Below, in pieces: positions 10,872 through 23,700 of a DNA stretch of 64,000 nucleotides (position 1 is the stretch's first letter; each line of letters opens with the position of its first letter). The notes beneath the pieces were generated by a model, which was not told the DNA's origin, did not search any database, and saw nothing but the letters and a program-made list of their open reading frames with translations. The stretch comes from Paragordius varius (Eukaryota > Animalia > Nematomorpha): the NCBI GenBank assembly GCA_964247055.1, contig OZ176051.1, positions 8,990,001 to 9,054,000 on the forward strand. Direction: 5' to 3'. The position numbers and the translations under genes were made by a program.

Positions 10872-13557
10872 TTATGTCAAGGTTCCCTCTTCCCTCATCT
10901 TGATCCAGGCTCTTAGAGACATATCATGTTTCGAGTAAACATGATTTTCAATACCCTTGTAGGTGCCTGTTCGATGCCCACATCCTCCTATCGGACACAT
11001 GAACTCACCATCACATGTTTGAAGGCTTCCTTTCCACGTGGAGGAAGGTTTGCTGGGGTCTAAATTAGACCTGACTAAGACGGTTACTGATTTACCCTTC
11101 GGGGCTGGAATCATCGTTCCCTACGATATTCCATGGACATTGTTTTGGTGGTTTTTAAGCCACCCTAGAGTCTTGTATGATTTGGAGCAGCCAGCAACCC
11201 CACATGGATATGGATTGCTGCTTTCCCCCCTTTCCTTGGGCATATGAAAGACCTTAACATGTCTTATCATATTCTTTTCGTTTGAGAACTTAACCGCACA
11301 TCCATCAACTGGACAGGATACTGAGGCGACTGTTTGTGAAGGTAATTTATTGACAGGAGTTAAGTCTTTCGATTTCCTTCCTGGATGCGCAAACTCAGGT
11401 ATTTTCCCACTCTGCACAACTGCCCGTTTGAAATCGTCAAGATTTCGACATTCAACTTCGTGTATACGAAGTGACCCGTTATTACCTTTGTTTAGCACAA
11501 ACCAGTCCAGATCTCGTTGGACACAGTGCTCCCATCTTTGTCTACATCGTGCTCCGACTTTCGTACCCAGCACCCCATCGTACAACTGAGCTGCTAGTTC
11601 AGAAGTTTGACCGAGGTATATCTTGCTGAACCAGCGCAGCCTTCTACTACCCAACAGTTCATTCACATAAGGGAGCTTCACCCGGAGACTTGGAACGGGT
11701 ACCTTATCTGATCGTGAAACACCTACACACGTTCTAATGCAGTCATTGAGAAAGCTATCCATCCTACTCACGTCAGCCTTAGTAGTGTTCCACGTTTCAC
11801 AGCCGTACAATAGAGATGGAACCACGAAACCCATTATCAGCTGCCTTTTTATCTTGTTAGCAATTTTCTTGCTTTCCAAGATAGGTTTCACTTTACGCAA
11901 CACTACCCTCGCTCTTGCAATTCTCCTTGTGATTTCGCGGCTGACACCTCCCTTCCGACTGATCTCAGACCCGAGGTACGTAAAGCTATCTACGTCTTCA
12001 ATTACAGACGTTTCTAGCATTATGGGTAGGTTGTCTTTAGAGCCCGACAACTCTAAGATTTTCGATTTGCTCATCAAAATTAGGATACCATATCGTTTAA
12101 ACGTTGTGTTTAAACGTTCCAATGCCAAGGAAAGTTCGCTTCGATTGTTACTGACTAGCACGATATCATCTGCGAATGCTAGTATCTTCACTGCAGAAGT
12201 GCTCTGACTACAAGGGGATGGATTTTTTTGAGTGATACTGATACCTTCCAGCTGAAGATCAGCTTCACGAAGGCATGACTCTAGAAAGATGTTAAACAGG
12301 GCAGGTGAGAGTCTGCAACCTTGCCGAACGCCCCGTTCAAGTTTGAACCAACGCGAGGTATTGCCTTTCAACTTTACTCTCGCTTTATTGCCGTAGGTCA
12401 AATTGGCTATGAGCCTTAGTAACATCGGACCGCAGCCCGCTTTTTCCAGACAGTCCATTAGTGGCCCATGAGGGACGCTATCAAACGCCTTCTCAGGTCA
12501 ATGAAGACACAGTGCACCTCTGTGTCAGCTATTCGGGACTCTTCTTGCAACCTTCGAAGCGTGAATATTAGGTCACAAGTAGATTTCCGCTCCCTGAACC
12601 CACATTGGTAATCGCCCACCACTTGTTTGGACAACATCTGCAATCGTTCGTTCAGAATGCCATTGAAGATCTTCCCATCAATATTGAGTAAGGAGATGGG
12701 ACAATATGATTTGGGATCAATCGTCTTACCCTTGCCCTTATATATCGGACATATCTCCGCGACTTTCCAATCTTTCGGAATGCATCCCGTCTCCCAAACC
12801 CTTTCGAATATGCCTCTCAGGCATTCAATGACCGATTCACCACCCGCATGATATAATTCCAGGGCCATACCATCCTCACCACTACTCTTTCCAAATTTTA
12901 TTTTCCTCAAGGACCGTTCGATTTCGTCTCTTCCGGGGACATTATCGTTACATTCCACACCGCTAGCGAACAATGAATCACCAAAGATGTCGCCACCACT
13001 TTTACGATACACTAATTCATAGTATGAAGCCATACTTTCCACATTAGCACACGGACTTTTCTGTTTATTTGCACTTCCCGTGCCCAGGCACTTGTTACAA
13101 GTGCCTACCACCACATCAAGAATTACAGAGGTACCTTTAGAATTGTTGTTCACTAGACAGTGCTCCACTTCCGTGGCTTTCTTATCTAACCATTCTGACT
13201 TGAGGGCGTAAATCTTGTGTTTTATAGATTTGTTTAGGGCTTTAAATGAAGCCTTATCACTTTGAGTGGCTTTTCCACTACAGATTACTTTACGTAATTT
13301 TCTTTTGACGTTAATCTCAACAAGAATTTCTTTTTGGTTTGGACCCAGGCACACGTTCATTCCCGTTTTCGGAGGAATACATTCGCTTAATGCACCCTTT
13401 AACGTTGTTACATCAATCTCCCCACTGTGTAAACTTAACCTCTCTTTTACGTTGTGTTTAAAATTGTCTCTCAATTGTTTGTTAGTTACTAGGGTTAGAA
13501 GTTCGTCTTTAGTTAGCCTCCTCTGTCGAGGTAGGTCCTTATTATCTGGGGACGTAT
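10872..13557 (-). pseudogene. Linker + reverse transcriptase + zinc-finger tail of the RTE element
   Basis: ORF 12458-13474 (frame open back to ~13557) joins ORF 11121-12458 by a 1-nt frameshift at DL(E)KAFDSV. A single in-frame TAG at 11121-11123 separates ORF 10872-11114, which is in the same frame. Confidence 0.9.
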
Positions 13558-13722
13558 CTCAAGGTATAATAATAATATTCACAAGTGGTGGGGAGGTTAT
13601 AATAATATAATAATAGTATACAGATAAGTTAATAGGTTAATGTACTGATATATAACGAATGTTGTGTGTTTAACCTAATCGTGTAATAACAGGTCTATTC
13701 AAATTAGCCTGCCAGTTACACT

Positions 13723-14447
13723 CTAACAGTCCTTCTTTGGACGAGTTCTTTCCCTTTCACTGACAAATTTTCCCAACACCAACCTGTGATCTGTCACCAA
13801 TCCCTTAAGACTTTCAACATCCATAACCCAGAAGCTAATTCCCCTGTGATATAGTATCCGATCATGGGTAAAGCCTTTGCCACTAGGGTGTACCCAAGTG
13901 ACCTTTTCCCAGTAAGGTTTCTGGAAAAAGCTTCCAACATCCTTAAGACCACATAGCTTAACGAGGAGATTACCGTTATTGTTTCCAGCACGACTTCTAG
14001 CAATGTTCAGTTTCCCGAACATGCCTTTTACCTGATCGATCGACTTGAGCTTTGAAATCACCAAGGACCATATATCGGGATTTTATGTGTCTCACTTGAG
14101 CACCAAGAGTATTGTAAAATTCCGATTTTTCAACAGCTTTTGCCGACTCTACCGGGGCGTAGCGAAAATATCGTTAGATCATATTTATTTACTTTCAACT
14201 TGGCAATTCTTGGACTAATCTCGTCAATACCTTTCTTGATAAGGAACCCGCATCCACGTGTGCCCGCCTTATCCATTGAGCCTGTAAGGAGCCTGTATGA
14301 CAGGATATCCTTGTCTAACCCCTTGCATCCATGGCACTCCTGTACTGCCAGAATGTCAACGCCTTTCTTCTCCGCATCAACTGAAAGTTCAATCTCGCGG
14401 AGCTCACACCTCAGGCCGTTGACATTCAGGGTGCCTATTTGGATCAC
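13723..14447 (-). pseudogene. APE (exo/endo/phosphatase) endonuclease domain of the RTE element, two frameshifts
   Basis: ORFs 14130-14447 and 13723-14064, plus an intermediate frame reading ...EFYNTLGAQVRHIKSRYMVLGDFKAQV. Confidence 0.88.
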
Positions 14448-14768
14448 ATTTTTTGATTATTTCACATTGCAAAATACTAAGGTACGGAAACATATTTGAA
14501 ATTAACCATTTGTAAATCATATAAGCTAAAACCGTTTAGGCTTAAAAACATATGTGACAGCAAAGTGATAAGGAGGTGGTCAGAAACCGAACCGGAAAAA
14601 TAGTGCCAGTTTCCCTTTATAAACTGCCAGAATATTTTTGTACTTTTTTTTAACAAAAGTAAAAATAATGTTTGGAATTTGGAACCGTGGATTAGTAATG
14701 ATTTTAAAGTCATTTATTAATTTGTTTTTAATTTAAATATTACACAGAGTAAGATACATCTAGTAATG

Positions 14769-17700
14769 AGTCATAAAATTATTAAAAACAACACTGTTGA
14801 TGTTTTAGACGAAAATGTTAATAGGGTTATCATATAAAATACTTCATTATATATTACAAATTTTTTATGAGTTTAATGGCAATACCCTAAAGTTTATAGG
14901 TTTATTCTTATAAAAATTTATTTGAATTTGTTATTGCGAATATATTTATGTCCGTATAAGTAGGCAACGATAGCTAGCCTGTTATTTGTTACTCTTTGCA
15001 TAATGGTAATAATACTGGGGTCAAATTATTTGTAAAGTTGAACTGCAGTTTAAGGTTATATGATATTTATTATATTATATTATTTTGTATTTATTTGAAG
15101 AAAAAAACAAAAAGGTGTTTTTAAGAGTGAATTATTCCGTAATGAAACTGCCTGCATATGGATTCATGATTATCTTATTTTATTATTGGAAAACATCAAT
15201 ATATCTATCAGGTCTAACCTCTGGCTTAATAAATGTTAAGATAAAATTGATAAAATTGAATTTCCCGTATTTATTTATCTTTATTTTTAATTTATAGATG
15301 TAAACAAACCCAAATGCATATATATCCTGAGTTTGAAAAACAGCACAAGTATTTTAATACAGTAACGAGAGCTATTAATGGTCATTTTTATATTGGCTAA
15401 AATAATTATTGTATTTAATTTTATAAGCTACAAATTATAAAATTGCGTGAAAATCAGTGGCCCCTTAGTTTCGCAACGTTAGCAATAATTAATTTATCAA
15501 GTCTAAAAATCAGTTTTATTTAAGAAAACAACCTTATTAAAAAACAAAATAAATTTTTTTTTGACATTTTTTTATTGTTTTGAATAATTTTAGTTGGTTA
15601 AAATATAAACGAAATAAAATTTATAGTTATAAGTGGATTTATTGGAAGATTCGTATTTTGATGTTTGTTTTCCTTTAAAATTATAAAAATCATGGATCAA
15701 TTAATAATATGTTTAAATTATTTTAAGATTTTCACACCTTTGTTTTCTTACATAATTGTAAAAAAATTTCCGTTTCGCCAATTATTAATATGATCAATGA
15801 TAGCTCGGTACTGCATTCATAAATACTGAATTTATAAATTCAAAATTTTTATATGAATAATATGTCTATATATCTATTCATTATACAGATGATATAATAA
15901 CAGGATGGTATCCCCGTAATTGTAGGTAAAAATACAATTTTATAAATACTTATATTTAAATTTATTTCACATATGTATGAATTGTTTGAATATTGATTGC
16001 ACTTGCATTCCTACATAAATTTTTATCCTCTTCCAATTTAGAGCTAAAGATTTTTTAGTTGTATGGTTAGAAAATGCAAATATTGATTAGATAGCTTTAA
16101 AGTTAATTTTTCCATAAACTTATTTATATTGATTTTGTTTTGGTCCCGATTGCAAACTAGAGAAGCTGTAAACTTTTAAAAATCTAAGTTTTTTATCTTT
16201 TATAGGTGAAGAGGGGAAATTATTTAACCAAAACAGCTTTAAAGTAATTTACAGTTATAGCGTGAATCGTAAATTACTTCGAAATGTCATCAAAATAAAG
16301 AATATTTAATAAAGTTACTTTTTAATAATAAAGGAAAAGAATCATGTGAAGCCAAGCTCTTTGCTGAATTTGCTATCTGGCAATAAATAATTGATAAAAA
16401 AACGTGCAATCTATATTTAATATCGAACTATTGAGTACCCTTGGTAACATAAAATCTGCAATAACAAAGGAATATTAATTAAATACAATTTTAAATAAAA
16501 GAAAATTTTGGTTATATCATAAAAACCAATCCATATGAATTGGGTAAAGGATGACCGAACATAATAAAAGAACAACTTAAATAAACATTGAAAAAATTAA
16601 TTTGTGCGTAAGAATAGAAACAAGAATTCAGATTATATTCAAAAATCGAATTTGACTTGAAAAAATCCAACAATACCCACCATGTGCGTACCAAATTTTC
16701 CTCCTTGTTTTAATCGCTAATTAAATGACCTTCTAACAAAAAATAATTCTCTTTACTGTACTGTAATATATACCTTTAAAGCTTTTTTCTTTTTTAGTTG
16801 CTATTTATATATACATAATAATCACAGTGTTAGCAATAAGGTACCAGACGCTAATCTCACCATTGTCAATGTGGACAATCAAATGGATGTTTGGTCGGTA
16901 CAAAGTGACACATACAAGGGTATGCTGAATTTGCCACGATACATATATGATTACCTATCCATTCTCGAGGAATACTTTAACATTTCAGTAATTTGTATTT
17001 TGTAAATTGAACATCCGGAAATAGTTTAAAACTGATTGATTTCAGAACTCCAATTACTAATTCATCCATTAATTTTTTTGTTTATGATTTATATTTTGTA
17101 ATAGATGTATGTTGATATCTTTCCCCAAAATATCAATGATAAATTTACAATAATCACAAAACTAAGAAGGGAAAATAACCGCTTTCTGGGTGACATTGTA
17201 CCCAAACATTCCCTGTTGGGAAAAAATATTGATGTGTCGTATGTGCCAAATAACTTGATCAAAGTAATTTACGTTTCTCTAAAATATAATGACATATCGC
17301 ATGTTAATTTCATGTTGCTGTGATTTATATGCTAATCTATTTCTACTCTTTTTGAGCTTACTTTTACCACGGTTGGAAACAATACGATAACTGAAACCGG
17401 AGTGAATTTAAGAAACCGTTCGTTTATATTCGGTATGAAAACGGATTTAATTATGAGTTATCGTCCCAACTCGCTCCTATAAAATGGAAATAATTAGACA
17501 TGTTCCATTTTTAATAATTATCTTGGTTTTACACAACTAGTAATCGCCATCTCAAGTTCTGAACCTGTTTTTTAAACGTTGAACACCCTAAAAAATCTTG
17601 TGTTACACAATTAAAATTAATTATCATTGATATCCAAAAATAATTTCGGAAATAGCAAAATATTAAAGCGACTTAACGTCTTAAAAATTACATATTTTTA

Positions 17701-20700
17701 TTTTAATACATAAACTTTTTCCTGCTAATATGGACAAAAATTATGTTTGTTTGAAAGGTAGGAATGTGCAAACGGAGAATCTTGCAAATTGAATATAAAT
17801 AATACAATTTTAAATTTTTTTGTAACACACCAAGTTATTAGCGCCTTATCAAAATAATAATCAACCCATTTGAATAAAACGCAAAGCCCTGAAGAGTTAG
17901 TTATGTAATATTGTAAAATGTTAATTATGTGTCACATGTGAGATGTCCACCAATACCTTAATAGTTAGTAGAGATACCCATTAAAATGATTTAACACTTG
18001 GATACAACATATTTATTTCAGTTTTTCGATTAAAATTGGGGTATTTGGATACCCCAAGACTGCTTAAAATTAAATTCTTTAAAAAATATGGAAGGAATTG
18101 AAACCATAGCAATATAACATTGATAAACCGAATATATAAAAAATTTTATTCAAAAATACTTTATATTTTTTATTTTAAGCTAAAACCGAAAGGTAAAAAT
18201 TTAGTCAAAATGACATGTGTTCAATGGTAAAATTAAAAAATAATACAAAATAAACCGCTTTTTTATTTCTATCAATGTTTGATGTAATTTAAATTAAGCT
18301 TTAATTTGACCCTTTAAATTAAAAGAATACGAGTGCAAAAATTCGTAAAATAAAAATGGCGTTGAAGTAGTTGGACACGAAACTTTTTTTCAAAACAAAT
18401 TTTTTGGATATTTTGGCATATTTATATAAATTTTATTTGGATAGAAGCATACTTCAGTAGTTTTTTAAAAATCCTAACTTAAATTTATTATGGGGTATTT
18501 AGATACCCCAATCTGAATCGAAGTGTTAAAGAAAATGATAATAAATGCAATTATCTAGTTATCGCAAATCATCTTAAAATATTATAATATATAACATTTG
18601 CACTTCAAGAGTTTCCTTAAACACTTCAATTCGGTCCTTGAACACTTCATATTGATCCTTAAAATTTTTAAATTTTGTTTTTACCACAATTTTTGCACGT
18701 TTCTTTTTATCTTATTATTTTTTACTAATTTTTTATTTTTATATATCATTTAAAAGTAAAAATTTCTAATTAAAAAACCACTTTTTTGTTTCTATTTTTA
18801 TCCAATATACGAAATCATTAACTTTTAAATGTAATGAAAAATTAACAACAAAGAAATCTATTGTGTTAAAATATATCCAAATTTCAAGAAATTAAAAAGG
18901 GTGTTTTAATGATCAAAAGTTGATATTAATAATGTTTGTGTTAAATAATAGATAAGTTAAAACGATAAATAGATGTATGATATACGATATGATAGATATA
19001 TAAAAATATAAAAAAGTCAACGGACCAACTTCAGTGTTCAATGACGAACCTGAAATGTTCAAAGACCAACTTCAAGTGTTGAAGAACACTCTAGAAGTGC
19101 GAATGGTATATTTTAGGCTAAATTGCGAAAGCTCAGGGAAAAATAAGGCAAATTTTAAAAATCTTTTCAGTGTTAAATTGATGTGTTTGAGCATATGGTA
19201 AAATATTAGCGAATAATAAAATAATTTACTAAAAATACCAATTATTACTATATAATTTTAATGTTTGTTATAATTGATTAGTACCGATTAATTCAAGATT
19301 ATCGCCATCGATGTGTCAAAATCTATGAGATTTATGAAAATGATATGATTGTGGAAACCAATGTTAATCCTTGCTACAAACAAATTGATTCCATACATTC
19401 ATTTAAACAACCATTAATGGTTAATTTTGTACTCTGGAATGATGCGAAAATAGGTAATACAACTTTAACAATCTTATCTTCTATTAAACTGATAATAATC
19501 TTTGTTTCATATTCAAAAATACGGATTTTAAGATCATCAGCTTTCAGCGAGAAAAAATTTGAGGGCCGCGTTCCATCTATCACAATTATAAACAAAAAAC
19601 TAATAACAAGCCAACTCTTTATGCAGAAGTTAAAATTTTTAGTAAAGCAAAATAGCCAAAACTTTGTCCACCAACTACATAAAATTACAAATTAAAAATA
19701 TTGTCAAAATTTGTTTACAGAATTTTTACAAGTGATTGATTTAAAAGCTTCTATGACTATAAATTAATATTTAGCTAGCTAGTTAATTGCCTAATAAAAT
19801 ACCACTAATTTGTTCCTCGAATAGATAAATGTTTAAAGTAAAATTATAAACAAATTGTTGTTTTGTGAATTAAAAATAATTTTATTTCTCCATGTCAGAA
19901 CCGAACGGGTTTATCGCATGGTTTATCCAAAAAATATTAAGTAGCAATGCTAACTAGCATTTTTATTCTGATACTTCTGTTACCCAATTATTATATTTAT
20001 AAGTAATAACCTTCCATTAAAAAACAAGATTTCACATAGATCGAGGCCTTTGATAACCATATTATGTATCTATTAATTAATATACAAATATTTTAATAAA
20101 ATATTCTACCAAAGCAGCTGACTTTTTAAAATGGTTATTTGAGTGTATATTTCAATATGCACGGTGACACCCATCTTTTAGAAAGTGAGAATTATAGAAT
20201 AAAAAGTTAAAACTACTTAGATATAGTGAGATTATATTCCATATCTAGCTTAATCCTTTCATATTTGTCCCTTTTGTCGCATGTTATGAAATATGGTGAA
20301 TATGAAACATGTGTGTTGTTAAATTAATTATAATAATTTTTAAATGTTTTTAATTGGTTGATTCCTCATAGGGACATTACTTATATAGATGTTATAACTT
20401 ACCTCTTTTCAAAGATGGCCGTCGTAAAATTAAAATTTTAGTTTTTGCCTTACTTATAACGGAAATTTATACAACTATAGAGTATAGGTTATAAATATTT
20501 GATAACTATATTTTCCTTTTCAATGTAGATTTTGTCCCAGTTAATGGCTATCAAACGCAAGATTTCAGAAGAGTTTTCTCAGCGGGTATAATCGATATTT
20601 TCATAGAATTATTATTATCCTTATTATTACATACATACATATATAGAAAAATTTGTTCCGTTGGATCCTTATCAATTGTGTGAGAGCGTTTTTTTGAGCG

Positions 20701-23700
20701 GGTTACACAATATAATTGTGACAAATCAATATGGTGATAAACATTTGATAAGGTATCATATTTTTACTCATTAGTAAAAAAGTTGGCTCATAAACAAAAA
20801 ATTTCATTTAAAATCAAATTATCTATAATCCCTTCCTTATAAACTATGGTTTCTCTAAAAATTGACATCAATAAACACAATTTTTATAATTAATTACGGA
20901 AACAAATAGCGCGCCTTGATTCGTATTATTGGCCAAATTATACATATAATTTTTGGTGATTTAATATAATTAAATAGCGAATAATTTGATGAAAAAAACA
21001 ATATGATTATTTAATTTAAATAATTATAGCGGATGTATACGATTAAAAATAAAATTAATATGAATTTTTTTAAGATTCACAAATTTAAATTTATATTTAA
21101 TCGCAGTCAAGCCACATCTCTTAGTTTTAAATATAATTATTGATTGATATTGGGTAAAATTTTTTGGGTGAGCAATATGGCAATGTCATCCTTTTCTATT
21201 CAAATTAAAAGAATTTTAAAGTTATTATAGATAAAATAAATATTTTAGATAAACGATAACATTACTTTTTTCAGGGCTAATATTTGTATTTTTATAATAT
21301 AGTTTACTAAAATAAAAAATATTCTTTCATAGGAAATACCTTTATTTTTACAATTCTTATTACGATATAAATAGTTGCCCAATAATTTAAAAAAAATCTG
21401 ATTAAATTAATAATTATTTAACTTTAATTGAGCATTTAACAATAAATTATTTTCAGGATACTTGACAATTTTAGCTAATTAAAAATTGATTAAAAAATTA
21501 TAAATTATATATTAATTATTTTTTCATAAATCAAAAATAATTTTTTTATCGATGGATATAAGTATTAAATGATTCAATTTTGTTGTAATTGGGGGCTATA
21601 ACGGGTTAGTAAAATTTTCAACAGCAAAATTTGAAAAATATATAAAATAAAGAATATAATTAATCAAAAACTAAACATCAACCCATCTTATTATAAAAAT
21701 CCTAATTTAAATTCTTACACATTTTCATTCCGAAATAAATAGATTTTTTTTGTATCTATTTGTAGCATATTTGTTAGTTTGAATATGTTTTGGAAATCTC
21801 TTCATAACGATACTTTTAATAATTTCCGTCTAGTGTAAAGTTAACTAAAATTATTTGAATCGTTGGTTAAAAATATGCATAGTATTTAATACTTAATATA
21901 TATTCATTTGAAATTAGGAATGTAACATTGCACAGAATTAAAAACACCAAAACCAAACTTCGCAAAATTTATCAAACCTTATTAGTTGAACCAAAAAAAA
22001 TGGAGCATAAAATACATGTCTTTGACAGCTATAGCTTGAAACCATTAACTCTGCAAATATATAACTATATTTATGAAATATTAATACTTCCGGTATATAC
22101 TAAATTATGCATATAATTTTGATTTTTTAAAACTTCTATAGCCTCATAGAAACGATTAGGGGGCCAACATATGATTTTCAATGCCTGTAATCCTTATAAA
22201 TATCCAATTTATTATTATTATTATTGTTTTTATTATTGAATTACTCTAAAGAATCCTTGCCTGCAGTCTAGTCAAAACTTAACAAAATTTATGACAAATA
22301 GGTTGATATAAAATAATTGCGTAACCAGCGGATATCCTAATGCAGCTACTATTCTAATATTTTTCCTTATTTTTTTATAATATTTATGATGATTGGATAT
22401 TATTTATAAATTACACATCGGGGAATACTTTGGCAGATATATAATTTTGGTGTTAAAGTCATGGCTATTGTTTGCTATTTTTACAAATCATTAAAATATT
22501 ACAACATATTGAATTTTTTTTATAATTTTCACATTACAAATTTTTTTCACCTTTATCCCATTATATAATAATTATTATTAATTATAATCAAAAGATTTAA
22601 TTTTAAAAATTTTGATTTTTAAGTTAAAATGTCTTATACTGCGCATCATAAGCCATTATTTCCCACAACGGGGTAAGGGGGAAAGGGGAGGGGGCTCTAG
22701 AAGTATTGTACTAAACCGTATACAAATTTTATACCTATATTGTTTTAATTATAATAGCGTAAAAATTTCAAAGACATATTTATCCTAGTTTTGGCCACGA
22801 ACGTAAGTGAATGTCAAATTACATGGTTTAATTTATCAAACAGGACTTTACAAAGCAATACGCTGCGAGATCATGTATAATTATTTTACTTAAAACAACT
22901 TCATGAAAAAATAAAACAACAAGGGTTATTAAGATAAATTACAAAAATTAAAATAAAATATGCGATGTTTTTATACGTTTTATGTATCTAATATTTACAT
23001 ATTTAAGCCAAGGTAAAATAATGTGTTCATATTGAATACAAAAGGGATACAAGAGTTTAACACATATAAATTTTAGTCCTAAGTTACATAATTGATATAT
23101 TTAAATCTATCATATCTTCTTATCCGAAACCGAGCTTATCTGGTGCTTTTCTTTCCCTAAGCGGATATCCTCTTTCTGGTTCTTTCTCAGTTGTCTTTCT
23201 TTTTTTCCTTTTCCTTGCTTCCTTCCTCCCCCAATTCCCGATTATTGATTGTAATATCCCATTCCTCAGTTTGTTTTATCGTTGGACCACCATCATCTCC
23301 CTCTCCATCCTGCTTGATGATGGTCGGCCGTAAATGATCTGCATGTTTTGCGAAGGGTTCGATTTCGATCTTTTACCGTAACGAGAGTACCTGTTCTCTC
23401 CAAAATTGAACCTTTTCTCCACCCCGTATTGAGTGCATTCTTTATGTACACCTCTTCGTCCGGTGTGAAAACTTGATTGGGTATGATGTCGTCATTTAAT
23501 TGTTGCGAGGGTGTTTCTGCTTCCTTCCTCCCCCAATTCCCGATTATTGATTGTAATTTCCCATTCCTCAGTTTGTTTTATCGTTGGACCACCATCATCT
23601 CCCTCTCCATCCTGCTTGATGATGGTCGGCCGTAAATGATCTGCATGTTTTGCGAAGGGTTCGATTTCGATCTTTTACCGTAACGAGAGTACCTGTTCTC

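Larger units (their letters stand above)
10633..14480 (-). mobile_element. RTE-clade non-LTR retrotransposon (APE + RT + three C-terminal C2H2 zinc fingers), near full length, frameshifted
   Basis: APE motifs IGTLNVNGL, DILAVQE, VLGDFKAQV, VTWVHPSG, TDHRLV. RT motifs PISLL, QCGFR, KAFDSV, GVRQG-LSP-LFN, FADD, FTYLGS, LLYGCETW, RRLRW. No ORF1 seen. ~240-nt 3' UTR abuts 28S. Confidence 0.9.

Noticed and set aside
10633-14480. R2 or R1 element
   Set aside because: Has an N-terminal APE domain, no RLE motif and no gag-like ORF1, and the junction is several hundred nt downstream of the R1/R2 sites.
11038-14499. Plus-strand ORFs over the retroelement
   Set aside because: Antisense shadows of the RTE ORF.
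14477-14713. ORF with GSVSDHLLI resembling an APE C-terminal SDH motif
   Set aside because: Only a three-residue match with no other APE motifs; cannot be supported as a second element.
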